NCBI GenBank assembly: GCA_964035545.1
Contig: OZ037765.1
Coordinates: 4,350,698-4,414,697 of the forward strand
DNA length: 64,000 nucleotides
Source of the DNA: Bugula neritina
Taxonomy: Eukaryota; Animalia; Bryozoa
Direction: 5' to 3'
The position numbers and the translations under genes were made by a program. The notes below the pieces were generated by a model. The model made no database searches. It was not told where the DNA came from and saw only the letters and a program-made list of their open reading frames with translations. Shown piece after piece: positions 26,664 to 47,052 of this stretch; within the stretch, counting starts at the first letter, position 1; every line of letters begins with the position of its first letter.

Positions 26664-27559
26664 AGTGCTGTTCGACTGAGCTCTGAATAAAAAAAAAGAT
26701 GTAAACAATAATAATTTGCAACCTAAAACAGTTTTATTAATCTTAAGTAAAAGTAAAACTAAACTTCATAAACTATGGGCAAAACTTTATAAGTTAGTAA
26801 CACTATTATAAATAACAAGTAGTATTACAATTTTGAATTATATATTATTAATAACTTGTACTTTACAATTGCTTGCAACAACTACCACTACAAGTGCTGT
26901 TGATGTTATGCTGAAAGTGAATATGCTTTGTCTTGATATATAAATGTTTCAGTTTTAACTATGTTATTTGTGTTGTTCATAATATTTGCTTGTATATCTC
27001 TCTAAAAAGGACCTTCAAGTTTAATATCTAGACTCTAGAGCAACAAACTATCATAAATTCTTCAACCAGTATCTGAATCTAATAAAGCAAACAATAACAT
27101 TCACATGGTGATACTGATAGCATAAACAACTACAAGTACAAATACAATAGTTATACTTATACTTATACTATAGTTATAGTTAATGCCTATGGGCCATGGC
27201 TATAAAATTATTATTATTAATAATATAGTTATGGTAGCTACAAACAGTATTATTATAAAGTATAATTAAATTGCATATTCAAGTTTCTAATTCAATATTA
27301 AATTTGATATAATATCATTATGATTATCAATATGAATATATCATAATCATTATTAATATTATCATTATGATTATCAAATCATTGTGATTGTGATAACGAC
27401 TTGATAATTATAAATAATTAAAATAATATAAAATTGAGAATTCAAATGCAATATAAACAAAATAAGTATGTGAAAAGCAAATAGGAAATTGAGTCAAATT
27501 TACTGAGCCGTGTTATTAGTGCTAATATACTTCTAATAAATATTGCAAAAAATTATTTG

Positions 27560-27660
27560 CGGCTTGAGCTACATGCGCGTCACGCGGGGATTAGTAGCAA
27601 AAGCATGAAATTCTCCCGCTAATTGCATCAACGTGCAATAGCCAATAGAAACCTTTAGAA
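27560..27660. promoter_or_regulatory. Putative bidirectional SMYD4/NUCB core promoter
   Basis: CpG-containing island (GCGCGTCACGCGGGG; CAACGTG; AGCCAATAG CCAAT box at ~27642) between divergent genes, flanked by AT-rich periodic DNA. Confidence 0.45.
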
Positions 27661-29417
27661 AGGTCTTTTTCAATGAAGCTCTCTGTATGACGGTTTTCAG
27701 GTGTAGCCCCGTAATTATCTTTCAAATACCAAGGCATTTTTCAAAAACAATTTGCAATTCCAACTCATCACACCGACAAAACTAAGGAGACGTGTTTTTA
27801 AATTTATTGTCGGTTTATATGTTGACGTTAATATGTCAATATATGGGATTTGCTTTGTAATAGATCCAATACTTACTAAAGAAAGCATCAGCTATAGTCT
27901 TTTATATAATTTTTTTCAACATACCATGTCATTTATATCCATAAAAGAAAATAATATTTCAACTTGACTTGAAATTCAAATTGATTTACTATAAGTATAA
28001 CTATAAGAGTATAAGTATAAGATTAAGTATAACTATTAGTGTATTAGTATTATCTATAACTATAATTTATCAACTATAAGTATAACTATTACTGTTAGTA
28101 TTACTATTAGTATTACTTTTATTAAGTAAAACTAATAGTACTATGTCTATTAGTTTTACTTTTACTATCACTATGTCTTTTAGTTTTACTTAGTCTTATT
28201 ACTAAGACTAAAAATAAATCTTAGTCTAATACTAATAGTAATACTAATAGTAATAGTACTATTTATTGTTATACTAATGGCGAGACTTATACTTATAGTT
28301 ATACTTATAGCTATGCTTATACTTATACTTATACTGTTATACTTATAGTGAGTATAAGTTATAGTAATATTAATAGTATAACTATAAGTATATGTGTTAA
28401 CTATTAGTATTAGAATAGTAATAGTTTAATACTAATAAGTAATAAGTAATATTATTTATAAGTAATACTTATACTATTAGGATTAGTGTTACTAATACTA
28501 ATACTAGTAGTAATGCTTTAAATTTAAAGTTTGAATTCTTTTAAGATTTAACAATAATTTAATGTAAATATAAATAATTTAATTAATTTAAACTTGTGCT
28601 ATAAATTATTGTTAGTACTATTAATATATCTTCTAGATCAGAAATAGTTTTGGGTATAGAAAACAGAAGAAGTAGTTCTGAAATATCGGTGCTACGTAAG
28701 TTAGAAGCCATTTTACTTATTTTTATGAAAGTTGTTATCAACTACTTTGGCTACAATTCATTGTAAGCACTTCGTGAATTAATTTTGCATTTGGTTTAAT
28801 TGAATAACAATGTTGTAAATGAACACATGTTCTGCAATGACGATACTCATTAGGCAACCTGCCAGGCAGCCACTTGTACTCAAATGTTGTTATTTCTAAT
28901 TATAAGCTCTACTGTTATTTTTAAAGCACATGTCTGCTTTATTTTAAAACCCCTCAGTTAAAAACATTTGAATAGGTTTTCAAATCAGTAAAAAAATTAT
29001 GAAATTGTATTGTGTATGTAAACAGTTCATTAATAACAAATATAAAAAATTATATACTTTTTAGTAGTTATCTGTGCAAAAATAGGTTGGAACTGAGCAT
29101 ATTTTCATGTGGACACTCTCCTGTTTTCCTCTTTATAAATTTTTTTCACGGAGTTCATTAAAAAAGTTTGAAAAATATTATGCAAATGTCTTTAAAGTGT
29201 TAAGAAAGGAAACAGCACAGCTTAGTTCTGTCGATTTAATTATTTAGTACTTATTATTGTATATCATTTAGTCCTCTGTTGGTTGACTGACAGCATTGAA
29301 GAAACAACCAGCATCAGCCAAAAACAAGGTTTATTCAAGAGTTACGTTTCTTTGCAGTTGAAAGATCTAGTCCGCTGCCATTCTCATTAGTCTCCATCTG
29401 CTGTAGAACATTATAGA

Positions 29418-37522
<8,105 letters not shown>

Positions 37523-38338
37523 CAAGTTAACTTAAAAGAGAATTTATTATAGTGAAAAAAACTTTAATTATAGTCAAATGTATTGAACCGTTCCTGAATG
37601 TTGTTTATTTTGATTGTTATGTAATATTATACTATAATATTTTTTCATTGTGGATGTGAAAATATATATTATATTATTAAATATCAAAAACTGTTGTCCC
37701 TCTAATTAATTTTAGCCAATATTGGTGTCTTAGAATTTGAAAGACAATAATTATAAAAATAATGTTTCAAGACTTGATTGCCAACTGGCCTGTAAAGTTT
37801 ATTTCTGATTTCCCAAAATCAATAATTTGCTTTATTTTAATGTCTCAAGCTGGAATATTTTTAGTTATACTTTTGTGCAGCCAGGTCCATGTTTCCAAAT
37901 CTATCAAATTTGTTCAATACTGCATAAGTGGGTCAATTAACCCATTCACAGTTGAAAATGCCATCCTAATTATTATGGAAGACTGTCGTTACGAACTCGA
38001 TTTATCTTCTCATAGTTTTTGTACAACACTGCAGTCGAAAACTTGCACACTGCATAATAAATTATGATGTTGAAAGTAGACAAACCATCGAAACATAATT
38101 AATTGAGAGCAACTAAAATTCTACCTGCGGTAATTATTTTAGGTCCAAAATATAATATGCTCCATCGTAAATAATAATAATTATTATGATTTTGTGTAGA
38201 GGTCTTGGGGCAACATGGATTGAATTGATTACTAGTTACAGATTCAGATTGATTACAGTAACAGAGAATAATTATATATTTATATTATTAGTTCCAGTAT
38301 TTATCGGAGAAAATAAAAAGTAAATTATAGATTTAGTT

Positions 38339-41300
38339 ATGACTGGGGCAGCTGAGCTAAAGGAGCAAGGAAACAAATATTTCGTAGCTAGAAAATACTC
38401 TGACGCTATTGCAAGCTATTCCAAAGCAATTGTACGTAAGACTTGCACTCACTTACACTTACAGTTAGTGTTACACTTACAGTTACTCTTAGAGTTAGAC
38501 TATCAGTATCCCTATCAGAATGAGTATGGCTAGTTATTGAGTATGAGTACTCAACCTTAACCTGCAAACTTAAATGTTGGTGTAAGCTCATCTGCGCATT
38601 ACTATTAGTATTAGTATTACTATTACTATTAGTATTACTATTACTATTACTGTATTAGTATTAGTATTACTATTAGTACTTTATTTAAAGTAACATAACT
38701 GATAACTCATAACATTAAGTTTAACAATAACTGTTACTATTGTTAATGTTATTGTTAGTGTGAGGCTCAAGTCAGATTAAGTTTAAGCCTATGGGCTATG
38801 ACTTTTAATATGGGCCATAACTATTTTTGATAATTGCAAACAAAGTTGCTAAAAACAAAAGTAAATTAGATGTATTTGCCTTGGGCTTGACTTTGAGTAG
38901 TCATACTGATAGTCATGGTGATACTCATACTGTCATAGTTATTCATAGTCATGGTGATACTGATAGGGGCACTAGCTACAGACTATGAGAATGGGTATGA
39001 CTATCAGTGATGACTATGAGTATGAATATCATCGTGGCTAATACTAATAGTAATTGTAATAAAATTAAATAAATACCTTTAGATTTAGCATTTTATTAGT
39101 ATAAATAATAACATTACTAATAACTGTAGTAGGTGATAATTACAATTAATAGGAGTAAAATCATGTTGTTTAACTAATAATTTTTATGTAATTACCATGT
39201 AAGTTATCATAGTCATGCCCATGGTGATAATTGATTACGCAAATTGTAGTAATATTTTGATTTTCTGCAATACTCACAGTCATGTCACTTTCAGCATACT
39301 TCTATTTAAAAAAAAGTTTCAGTTGCTTTTAAAGTAGCCCTGTTTAAAAAGTAATAGTTCAACTTTGATACATTAATAATATAAATAATACTATCACTAT
39401 GATTGCGATACTCTATGAGTATGGCTATAACATTATTACTAATAGTAATAGCAGTAGTCTTTATAAATTATTATTATTATTAACACATTTTAATTGTTTA
39501 TTATTATTAATGCCTTTAATCCCTAGATTTACCATGTGATTGTTAATCATGATAATGAGATAGCTCAAAATATAAGCTAAAGCTAAACATTGCAAAGTAT
39601 TTTATGTGGCATGTTTATATGTCTGATTTTATGCATACAATTGTATTTTAGTATACTATAATAATATATATCTTTGTATTATTTAGTTTCTTAAAAATGA
39701 TTTTTTTATTTTAGACATTGGAACTGGACTGATCAAATTGATGTTAAAGGTTTTTTTAATCTTAAAAGATCTTTTTTATTAAATTTTAATTTTCGATTAT
39801 CAATAGTAAAATATGAAATCTACTAGAGTTTATTTATAGTAGACAGCAGTTTTACAGTAAACTGTAGCTCAGTTAAATTCAGCAAAATGTGCTAAGACAT
39901 GAAAATGAATAAAAATCGGTTTACAATTTTGTTTCTTATTTAAACCGAAATTGTAGGCTGCTCAACACATGGTTACATTATTTTACTGCATTTCAATAAA
40001 AGAATTTTTTAAGCTGGTTATGTTTGAATATTTAAAAATATTGTGTAACTGGCTAATTATATATTGTGCTTGGGGGGAATGTCAATAAAACATCTCTGTT
40101 CAAAACAACATTTAAAATGTTTCAAAAAATGTCTGCTGCAATTTCTGCTGTGCTCTGGTCTTTTCATTCATCAAAATCTATGAGCCTATTTACTTCAATC
40201 TTCTTTGCCTCTGCCCATTCATTATATGCTCCTTACTTTATCTGTTTACTGTAACATGTGTATTTTCTTCAAGATAAAGAACAGTTCCGTAGCAACCTAC
40301 TATACCAATCGAGCTCTATGCTACCTTCGACTGAAGAAGTGGGAAGAAGCAATAAAGGATTGTAAAAATGCGTTAGAGTTGGACTCAAACCTAGTCAAAG
40401 CCTATTATTTTCTCGGAGAAGCGTATTTTGAACAAAATTTGTTTGATGAGGCCATAAATAATCTTAATAAAGGTAATTTGCAGGCATAAGCTTCTATCGC
40501 TGTCTTTCCTTTACTTGTGGTATATGCTTTTCCTTTCTAGAAAGGTTGTTAAGACCCTTTTTGTAATTGTTCTGTTACTATATTTATGCCTTCACTGTTT
40601 TTGATTTTAGCCTACGATTTAGCGAAAAATCAGAAGTTATTATTTGGTGACGATATTTCCGCAGCGCTTCGAAAAGCTAAAAGAAAACGGTTTTTGGCTT
40701 TAGAAGAAAAAAGAATAAATCAAGAAATTGAATTGCAAACGTATCTCAAGAATTTGATATTGCAAGATAAAGCCAAGTAAGCAATGCTACTAATTAGTAG
40801 CATTCTCTCTAGTGTTGTCATACCTCTTTTACTTGTTTTAGTGGGATAAATTTTGACATTGTAGTTAAAAAGTTTAATTTGTCAAATGTTTATCCATTTT
40901 TACTAGCTTGCACAAAGTGAATATTATGTTTAGTGATAGAAACAATGTTACTTGGTGTTGCTGGAGTTATTAGAAAAATATTTGTTTGAGGCTGAGTACT
41001 GTTTGGTATCCTTATAACTTCAGGCGATTATTGGACCGGCAAAAGGTTTAGTTTTTATCATATTTTTATTGAAAAAAATAAATGTATTAGGAATGTTTGA
41101 AGGCCTGTAATTTATTGTAAATTTTGTGTGCATGTTTAGAAAACTGGAAGAAGCACAGACAAGTACTGAAAAAGATAATATAGAAGAAAAAAATGTAAGC
41201 TGTCATCTTATTGGTTTAAATTGAACGGCCCTAATACTAGCTCAATATACAAGGAATATGTTAGGAGGTGGTGTGATAAGGTTTATTCAGCGCCTTTATT

Positions 41301-42398
41301 ATAGTAACAGAACAGTTTTTTGTTACTATGCAATAGATTTCTCGCACCATAGGAAAGAGTATACTTGATAATATTGTTAGAAAGTTCATTATTTTCTTTT
41401 GAATTGTAAGTTTTGCGACTAAAATTCACTGTGATAATATATTATATTAATAATATTTATTGGCTCAATTTTATGCATAGCTATTTTTCAATTATTCAAC
41501 TTGCTATACGATGTGAATTTCGGTATTATATGTCTTTATATACCCGATATTCTATAAATTTTCTACAGGATAGTGTGATAGCAGAGTTGAACGATATTTT
41601 TAAGCAAGTTGATGAAAGAAGGCAGGCGCGAGACGTGCCCGATTATTTGTGTGGGAAAATTAGTTTTGAGTTGATGAGAGATCCTGTAATTACTCCTGAC
41701 GGCATAACATACGATAGAAAAGATATAGAAGAACACTTGCATGTAAGTTTTTCATGAGCTGCAGATACCCTCTACTTCTAACCTCTCCCTTCTCCGTACC
41801 TACCCTCTTTTTTCCTTCTCTCTGGTGTTTTAAACCTGTCAAAACCATTATAGTTTATGTATGCATAGCAGATGTGTTGAGATTTTTTTTTAAAGTTTTG
41901 ATCATTTTAGCTTAAATTAGCAAATATAAATTTATCAATAAAAAGTAACTAATTTCAAAATTGTTTTATTGCAAATTTTCCCACATCTGGTTGACAAAGT
42001 ATAACATATCAAGTCGTGAGCAAACACCTAATCTCACTTTTCATTATATTACAGTTGCTTTTAAATGTTTACCATATCTTTATTTTGAGTTTGAATTTTA
42101 ATAAATTGTATTTTACGCTCTCATAACATGGCACCATCTTCTCGTGAGACTAACCAACCTGTGTCTTGCGTTATATTTTTATTGATCATTAATAGCGTAA
42201 AGCATAAATGAGTTCTTCAAGGAGCCCGTAGCTTCCTCTATTAGTGTTGATTGTGCACATAACTCCTTGCAGAGAGTCGGTCACTTTGACCCGGTCACTC
42301 GGCAGCCGCTGACGTCTGCACAGCTCATACCAAACTTTGCCATGAAGGAAGTCGTAGACACGTACCTGCAGGAGAATCCGTGGGCCGAGGAATATTAG
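38339..42398 (+). CDS. STUB1: E3 ubiquitin ligase CHIP (TPR + U-box), complete
   Basis: Exons 38339-38431, 40274-40472, 40611-40776, 41140-41194, 41569-41742, 42273-42398: [77 protein letters not shown]...[10 protein letters not shown]...NPWAEEY*. Confidence 0.97.
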
Positions 42399-43190
42399 TT
42401 GAAGATTGTATATACTATCTTATGTTCAAACAGTTCATGTAATCTGCAGTCTTTCACTTCTCTTTACAGCTAGTATTATCACAGGACATTATTATAGATT
42501 TGGTTATTATATAATCATATTTATTCTTTCGCATAATTAATAATCTGCAGATTTTTAGCTCTGATTTTATTTTTGTTACTCAAATAATCATACTACAACG
42601 ATATTCATCATCATGATTAATCAACCAGTATTGGAAATGTGGTTTCAAATAGTTAGCTCTTGTAACTACTTTAGATATAAGAAAAAGTTGGATTTTCGTT
42701 TTTTGTATATTAAATTATTTTGCCAATGTTTTGTCATTTTTCCAGTACAAGCTCTGTATAATTTTGTTCATCTATAAATAAATAGCATGTTAATATACAA
42801 AATGTGCTCATTTCTTTTATTTACTATCTTGAAATGAAACTGCTACAAACATTAGCCAATTTATAATTATCACTTTTAACATTTGTTTTATAAAACAGGA
42901 ACTTTCTGAGCTAATTAATTATTTTTTGGGGATTCGACAATAATATTCCAATTCATGTATAAAATGGGAAAAACCGGCTTGCAACTATATATCTATAAAA
43001 GCAGCAACCATTATTTTCCACAACTGATACCATTGTTGCGCATACATGTTAACATGCAACAATTAAAACAACAAACATACTGTCCAACAATATATCTGAA
43101 ATTCATTATTTCAAAACTGTAAATATTACAAGTTTACACCACAAAGCAGCTATAAGTCCATTTACTACACTATACTTATTGAGAGTGGAA

Positions 43191-46100
43191 ATGCCAACCA
43201 AGTCCAGGAAAACGAAGTCTGCTAGCTTACTCAACGTGAATGTTCCACTCGACCTTCAACAGTTCCGTCTTACATTAAAACCAAGAAGGAGAGCGTCTGC
43301 TCGAAGAAAATTAAAATGTCCGCCCAGGGATCCTGTCACTGGTGATTTACAAAATAATTGTGCAGATATTTTATTTATTATATATAGTTATCATTAAATA
43401 ATAACTATATAATCAATATTAAGTGCTATAGAATACATAATACTGAATATTAGATGGTGTGACTAACCTTTTAGCCTCTAACACAGGGAGGTCTAACTTT
43501 TCCAGGGCCACTGAAAGGGAATATTCGTGTGGCGAGGGCTGCATTAGAAGCATTAAATTGAGCCACAGCAATAGTCATTTTCAAAATATTTGATTCCAAA
43601 TTCCTATGAATTATTACAAAATGACGTCCCAATAATTACTACAGACTGCATGTTTTGTAGTATGTATATAAATAAGATATTTAAAATGTGATTTTTCCCT
43701 CTAATTCATGTATACTGTAGAAAATAACTTTGTTATGCCTTTGAGGGCCACACAAATGTAGGCTGGGGACCACATCCGGCCCTGGGGTGCTTGTTGGACA
43801 GCCCTCAAACCCACTTTATGCTCATATGCTATGCGAGTGATTAGGTGGAAACTTCATAAATAATATATATAATATAAATAATAATTTTAGATAACTGTAC
43901 ATAACTATGCCAATTCATGCAACTATTTCTTATCATGCTTATACTTATTATTATATATCTAATGTATTATGTTTTAGCAAAAGAATTTTTATAAACGGAA
44001 AAAGCTTGTGAATCGATATGTTCTCATTTATTGTATTAATTATTTATATACTATATAAATGTAAAAGATGAAACATGTTTTAAGTTATTACATAGTATAT
44101 AATATATATGCTGCACATTAGCACTCTCTCTTATAACTAATATATTATCATGATATTAATACATCTTGGTGTAGATTATAAAGCAGGATTTCTTTTATTT
44201 ACAGCTAGTGGGTGAAGTTTAGCAATGAATAGGATCATTATAACATGTTTTCAACACACAATAGTTGCATCCGATTTCAATCAACTCATATGTTCCAGTT
44301 TTTTAATACTATGTAGCATATATAAATTATTATATCATAATAGTTTCGTTGTTTTTTGTTTTTTCTTAATAGATAAAATTGATGATATTAATAGTGCATA
44401 AATTTCTGCATAATTGTATGCAGTCTCAGTTAATGTTTAAATGTGTCTGTCAACTACAATAATTTAGCTAGAAAAATAGTTAATAGTAAGTTAAGTCATT
44501 ATTTTATGAGAATATCATTTATATCACTATTGCAAGACTTTTTTCAAATAAGGAAACTTATGCTATATAATGCCTGTTATCGATTTTTGTTTTTGCTAGA
44601 AATTGCTTTAAAGGCTTGTTCAAACTGAACAAGTAATTATTAAAAGAGGACATATGTATTGGATTTTAATCCCTAGTACAAATTCTTCATACTTATCCAG
44701 GGAGGTTTATAAAGAAGTGTGAAACCACTGATACAACTAGACTGCAGCCAGAATTTAACAACAATATTTGTAACTATAGAAAGACATACGAATGTGTATC
44801 TAATCCATGTTGTGCCACACCTCATTGTTATGAGAGAAAAGGTATTTGATATGTAACACTTTTTTAACTTAACTAGTAATTATGCTTTAATCATGTCTTT
44901 TCACTCACCAAAGCAATATGATTTTTAACAAAAAGTTAAAATTTGAGGGGTCATGTGACTTCAATGCGTGGGAAGACAGTCTATGTTACTCGTAGTTTAT
45001 TTTAATATGCTGCGAAGAGCCCAGTTAGGTTTTAACAGGGAAGCTACCAATGATGTCAGGAATGGTATCTGCTCATTACTCCTGTCCTATTTAAAAAAAC
45101 ACATCAAGCTATACGTGTTTCCATACATCAATGAACATTATACTCACTGCATTTCCAAGCATTATGCAAAGGATTTTTCATTTGATGTTTGGAAACAGTT
45201 GCATCAATGAAACCACAATCATAAGTTAATGCAAACTGCAACCACAATTCATCCATAAGAGCATCCATTTGCAGGAAGTAATGGAAATGCAGTGATTGGT
45301 GGGAATAAAAAACCTCAAACTTCAGATTGATATAAACAGCAGCGCTAGCCTTTAAATAGTACAAGATTAGATAATTGCAATTTCTTTTTGTGTTTAAAGG
45401 GCAGATTTGCTGTCACAACTGTCCCTCTAACTTGACGTGTTCAACTTCCCTTGCAAACCTCCAGCCACCTGCAATTGTGTGCCACTCTATACCTGCAGTG
45501 GCTTCAGTCACCTGTCAAGCACCTAGATGCCAGTGTCAAAGTAATGGGTATGGAGAGTCAGTCACATGCAACCAAACCTGCACGGTGTGTGACCAATGTT
45601 CAACTGCTGGTGTCAACATAAACTCGGACATGTAAGTTATTGTCTGTCACAGCATATATAATATGCAGTGATGTCCTAGGGAAGCTGTCTCAGTATCATC
45701 TAGTTCGAGCAACAGTTCCATTTACTTGCACCGTGTTAGTTCCTTACTTTTATGCTAGTACAGATTGTCTAGGTTATTGGTGTAAGTGGTATTGGTGTTT
45801 CAATAATATTTCCTGTTGTGATAAATTAATTGACAGTGATAATTAAATTGAAAAACTGTAACAATTTCAAGCATTTGTTTATTAACTGCCAATCAACTTT
45901 TTGTGTGTTAATTGTAGCAGTCATTTCATATTTCTACCAGCATTTTTTGCTTATATTTGACTATACATGCCAGCATATAATATATTGCTAGTATATATAG
46001 TAGCATGTGTTACTCGCAGCTTAGACTGTGTTCCCATTTTATTACGCTAGTCACACTCGAATTTTGTAAAGCTTAATCAATTGTGTTCCAACTTTTATTT

Positions 46101-47052
46101 TGTAATAATTATTATCTAGCGTTTTCCTTTGATTCTGTCTAAAACAGGCCTAAGCTGTTGAAACCTGAATATAAACACAATTTAGGCATATAAATCAATA
46201 TCCTCCAATCAAATTGCTTGTTGCAGATCAGCATGCAGTCAGCTGTCAGCCACTGATAACTGTGACACATCAATAGTCTGTGTTAAGGAGACAAATCCCG
46301 ATGAAGAGGGTAGTTGTGAACTTCTCAACTGGCTGAGTGACTACACAATCTTTCTAATACCGTGTAGTTTCACTTTGCTGTGTAAGTATTGAGGTTATAT
46401 AGGATGATAAAAAAACTCACTCAAGTTAATAGTCACCATTCCTGTGAGAAACTCCCGATGGAAAGGGTTTTTGTTAAATCGGGCTAAGGACTTATTCAGA
46501 TGGAGCATAGGAGCAATTATGACTGGATGCTCTTCCTAACATCACCAATGGCCTTTGTTGGGGTTCAAATTCATGACTACGTGCTTACTAGGCAAGCGCT
46601 TTAACCCCTAGACCACGGCTGCTCCCTAAGTTTATACATGATGATGAGTTTTAATTAAAAATTTCAGGTGAAAAACAGTTGTGTACTAAAGTTCAATTTC
46701 TATTGACTAGTATTTCTTTTGCTGTCCATTCGTAAAATAAATTATCTAAAAAACTATTGCAACATTAAAAGCATTAATATCATGAAACGTGATAAAGAAT
46801 ATATAAATTATTTTAATCATGCATTTGCAAACTACGCACGTCATTGTGAATTACTATTTGGGTTGTTCATTTTCTAAATATATATGTCATACAATTACTG
46901 ATTATAGTCATACTACTTGAAAGTGCATACACACCTCTGTGAATTGTTTTTCAGCTTTAATGTTTTTCTGGATGGCGCCAAATGATGGCGGCTATGGTTC
47001 TACAGTGTCTGTTGTCTCCCCTTCTTCAGTATGGAGCTGGATACTTAGTTGA
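43191..47052 (+). CDS. Uncharacterised 258-aa basic, Cys-rich protein with a single C-terminal TM (orphan A)
   Basis: Exons 43191-43341, 44701-44841, 45400-45631, 46227-46381 and 46955-47052 have canonical AG/GT sites and join in one 777-nt frame (phases 1,1,2,1). About 24 Cys; TM YTIFLIPCSFTLLSLMFFWMA. AATAAA follows at ~47126. Confidence 0.7.
43484..43806. mobile_element. hAT-like non-autonomous element (MITE), degenerate
   Basis: Imperfect TIRs CAGGGAGGTCTAAC... / ...GTTGGACAGCCCT with subterminal GGGCCAC/GGCCC motifs typical of hAT MITEs. TSD not clear. Confidence 0.55.
45185..45300 (+). repeat. Dispersed ~120-bp repeat, copy 2
   Basis: Aligns with 16632-16752. Confidence 0.8.
46425..46628 (-). 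mobile_element. tRNA-derived SINE, most complete copy
   Basis: Minus strand: GGAGCAGCCGTGGTCTAGGGGTTAAAGCGC (A box)...AATTTGAACCCC (B-like)...CAAAGGCCATTGGTGATGTTAGGAAGAGCATCCAG core...tail shared with 37025. Confidence 0.75.

Noticed and set aside
27625-27650. ER-stress element (ERSE/ERSE-II) upstream of nucleobindin
   Set aside because: CCAAT and CACG half-sites are present, but their spacing and orientation fit neither CCAAT-N9-CCACG nor ATTGG-N-CCACG.
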